Origin: Octopus sinensis
Taxonomy: Eukaryota
Length of the DNA: 64,000 nt
Assembly: GCF_006345805.1 (NCBI RefSeq)
Contig: NC_042998.1
Span: 196,478,001-196,542,000, forward strand
Reading direction: 5' to 3'
Below, one piece after another: positions 61,589-64,000 of this stretch. Below the pieces are notes generated by a model that did not search any database, was not told the origin of the DNA, and saw only the letters and a program-made list of their open reading frames with translations. A program made the position numbers and the translations under genes. Within the stretch, counting starts at the first letter, position 1. Each line of letters begins with the position of its first letter.

Positions 61589-63199
61589 TATTTCTTTTTG
61601 GTTTTTATTTTATCCAATTTTATACAATATAATGCAACGGTTTTACTTTGACCGGAAGCTTTGTTCTGCTAAAACTCGGCTGAAACGGTTTCACATTTGA
61701 AGACGCTATTGTACACATATGCTCACGTTCAGCCTTTCTTGTTTGTGTTATACGTCATAGAAAGTTCCTTAAATAATAAATAACTCGATGTATTTTCACT
61801 AAACAGCTACATCCTTCATATTCGTTTCTTTCGGATAATACTTTTGTTTTCTTTTTATTTTATTTTATTTTATTGATCGTTGTTTAATTTTCAGTCGAAG
61901 TTCGTCGTAAGACTTCGGCATTCCTGTACAATAGCGTCGGCGACGGCGAAAACGAAACTTTTTTATTTGTGTCAAATTTGAGCAGAAGAAAGCTTCCGGC
62001 TAAAGTTTAAAAAAAACAACAACATCAAAGGTGTCCTTTTACCTAATATAATGTGTAATTCAACAAATTTATTTTCACACATGATGCCATTGACTCTGGG
62101 ATCAACATTTTGAGGTGAATAAAGTTTATAAAATCGATCCCAAGAATGAAAGGGGAAGTTAACCTCTGAGATTAAAACTCAAAGCATATCATCATCTTGT
62201 ATCCATTAACAGGGGTGGCCTGATCAACCTCAATGCATTAGCTACTGAGGTAGGTAGGTGCAGCCCACCCCTACCTTTGGACTGGCTGGTGCCCATTCTC
62301 CTTTGCTATCATGAGGCTTTTTTGGAGCTGGACTTTCTATGGGGAGCATGCCTTTGCTTACCCACCAACCTCAGTTTCTAGACATGAGTGGTCCTGAGAT
62401 CTAGGATTCTACCACAATTTTTAAGAAATATGGTGGAAAACTAGCTCAGGAAGGTAGGGACACTACTCCCTGAAACCCCTTTCGGAGCCCCTTAACTAAA
62501 ACATAAAGATGTGTAAATGATTGCCAAAAGGCATTTTGTCTGTTTCTTGCCAATTCATCACACACACACATTATTGGTCAGGTATCTGTAAGTCAGGAAA
62601 ATTGAGTACTTCTACTATAATATTGTTGATTGGTATATTTCTGATCATGACATACAACTGGTCAGAAAGTTACTGAAGTTTTCATGCCTGCTGTTGCACT
62701 TATCAATTTTGACAACTTTTCAAGCTTCTTTTATGCTGGAGGTGAATACACCGTCCCGGTTTGCTCAATGTTGATAAAAAGCAGAATGAAATGAAAAATT
62801 TTCTGATAAAGACAAAAAAGTTGTCTCTCTTGGTGCTGTGCCAGCTGTGGGTGAAGTGGGTCAGCTATGTCTGTGTACTAGTCTCTAGTTCAAAGAAAAA
62901 GGCCAACCACATTGCTAAAATAAATTTTCTCTCATGAGGGCAGCCACTGAAAATTTCACTTTTTGAGATCAAGACAGCACCCAGATAGTGTAAATTTTTT
63001 AGAATTATTTTCCTCCCAGCCAAGCAATGCTTGCACCAATTACTTCCATTCAGATCAGGTCATATCTTATCGTCATTTAACGTCCGCTTTCCATTAAATG
63101 ACAATGATGATGATGAGATATGACCTAGGAAGTTCCAGCAGTTTCCAGTTGATTTTTCACAGTGTTCCTTTCTCTTTTAAGCACCATGTATCGCTGGTT

Positions 63200-63480
63200 A
63201 ATGTTGTAAAATCATACCTCTCTTGGATTCTAAATGGTTTTGTGATCATTTTGACTGGCCTTAAAGGGAACCCTCTATTACCGCAATGTATTCTGTTGAG
63301 ATATAGTGAAAACCTGAGCTGAAAGAAATGCTTTTATTACCATTAAGAATCTCAAACCTGAGTGCTGCTTGATTAACCCAGCTAAACTGGAGAGTCACCT
63401 GGTGAGTAAACACATATTGAGGAAGATAAGCAATGATATAAGGAAGGAATCACATCTTTCCTTATAGTGTAACACTAGTG
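63200..63480 (+). pseudogene. Decayed hAT (Buster/ZBED5-like) BED-finger fragment
   Basis: YL...GFV..TG....P.PQCIL and NPAKLESHLVSKH in shifted frames. Confidence 0.45.
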
Positions 63481-64000
63481 GAGTAGCCAGGATAGAAGCA
63501 AAGCAAGGCTCTTGCAGTTCAGTATAGTGGATTTCTATCTCTCCACAATGAAAGGGTTGTTAAAAAGGACACTTAATTACGATGGTGAGTTCAGTGATGT
63601 TAGTGATAGGAAAATAGAGCTAGTAAAGGCTGATGCCAGTATCCCCTGACTAGCTCCTGTGCCAGTGGCATGTAAAAAGTACCATCAGAACGTGATTGAG
63701 GCCAGGACTGCCTGACTCTTGGAGTGGTTGGCATTAGGAAAGGCATCCAGCTGTAGAAACGTTGCCAGAACAGAACCTGGTGCAGCCTCCTGGCTTGTCA
63801 GTCCCCAGTCAAACTGTGCAAACCATAAACGATGATGATGATGAATGCATGCCAGAAAAACCTTGCAGTTCAACAAGGCTTTGGCCTCAATCAGATGAGC
63901 AGGCCTCGAAAGCTCCTTTGATGTGAAGATGGGAGATGTCTTATGTGCGATCTATTAGGCTTATTTATACTTGACATTGCTGGTGAACTGAACAAGAGCT

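Larger units (their letters stand above)
59700..62010 (+). promoter_or_regulatory. CpG-enriched promoter-like region of a further gene
   Basis: Locally many CpGs; TATAAAAG at 59706; four (A/C/G)ATGGCG YY1/Kozak-like motifs; three ETS-like CCGGAAG modules. Confidence 0.5.

Noticed and set aside
528-63876. Numerous 60-130-aa ORFs containing LQLDALPNANH, CHRH or EDTCPRCHAVGLNPEPCGW
   Set aside because: They are recurrent chance translations of the RTE 3' UTR and SINE consensus sequences, not genes.

Overview
AT-rich, repeat-dense animal genomic DNA with spliceosomal introns. The SINE/LINE complement looks like that of octopus or another coleoid cephalopod, which is an inference from memory rather than a search. 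Two convergent genes can be assembled by hand with consistent GT-AG junctions and phases. (1) The last five exons of a + strand Lys/Arg/Ser/Thr/Pro-rich protein ending in 12 x KTPVKKV (1-9973). (2) A complete 10-coding-exon MAP9/ASAP orthologue on the - strand (42263->15615, about 719 aa). A CpG-rich promoter-like zone with a duplicated candidate first exon lies at 59.7-62 kb. The rest is mobile DNA: RTE LINE pieces, CORE-, Meta- and V-type tRNA SINEs, Helitrons, mariner, Tigger and hAT relics, piggyBac-type MITEs (one amplified into a 12-unit array) and Penelope-like ends. The most striking signal is a set of four unrelated repeat families that each carry a minimal hammerhead-ribozyme motif. 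Their cores co-vary at the 3:8 pair (C-G, U-A, G-C). One family is fused to a tRNA-type Pol III head, and one copy lies in sense orientation just downstream of the MAP9 stop codon. All coordinates were read by eye, and repeat boundaries are approximate.
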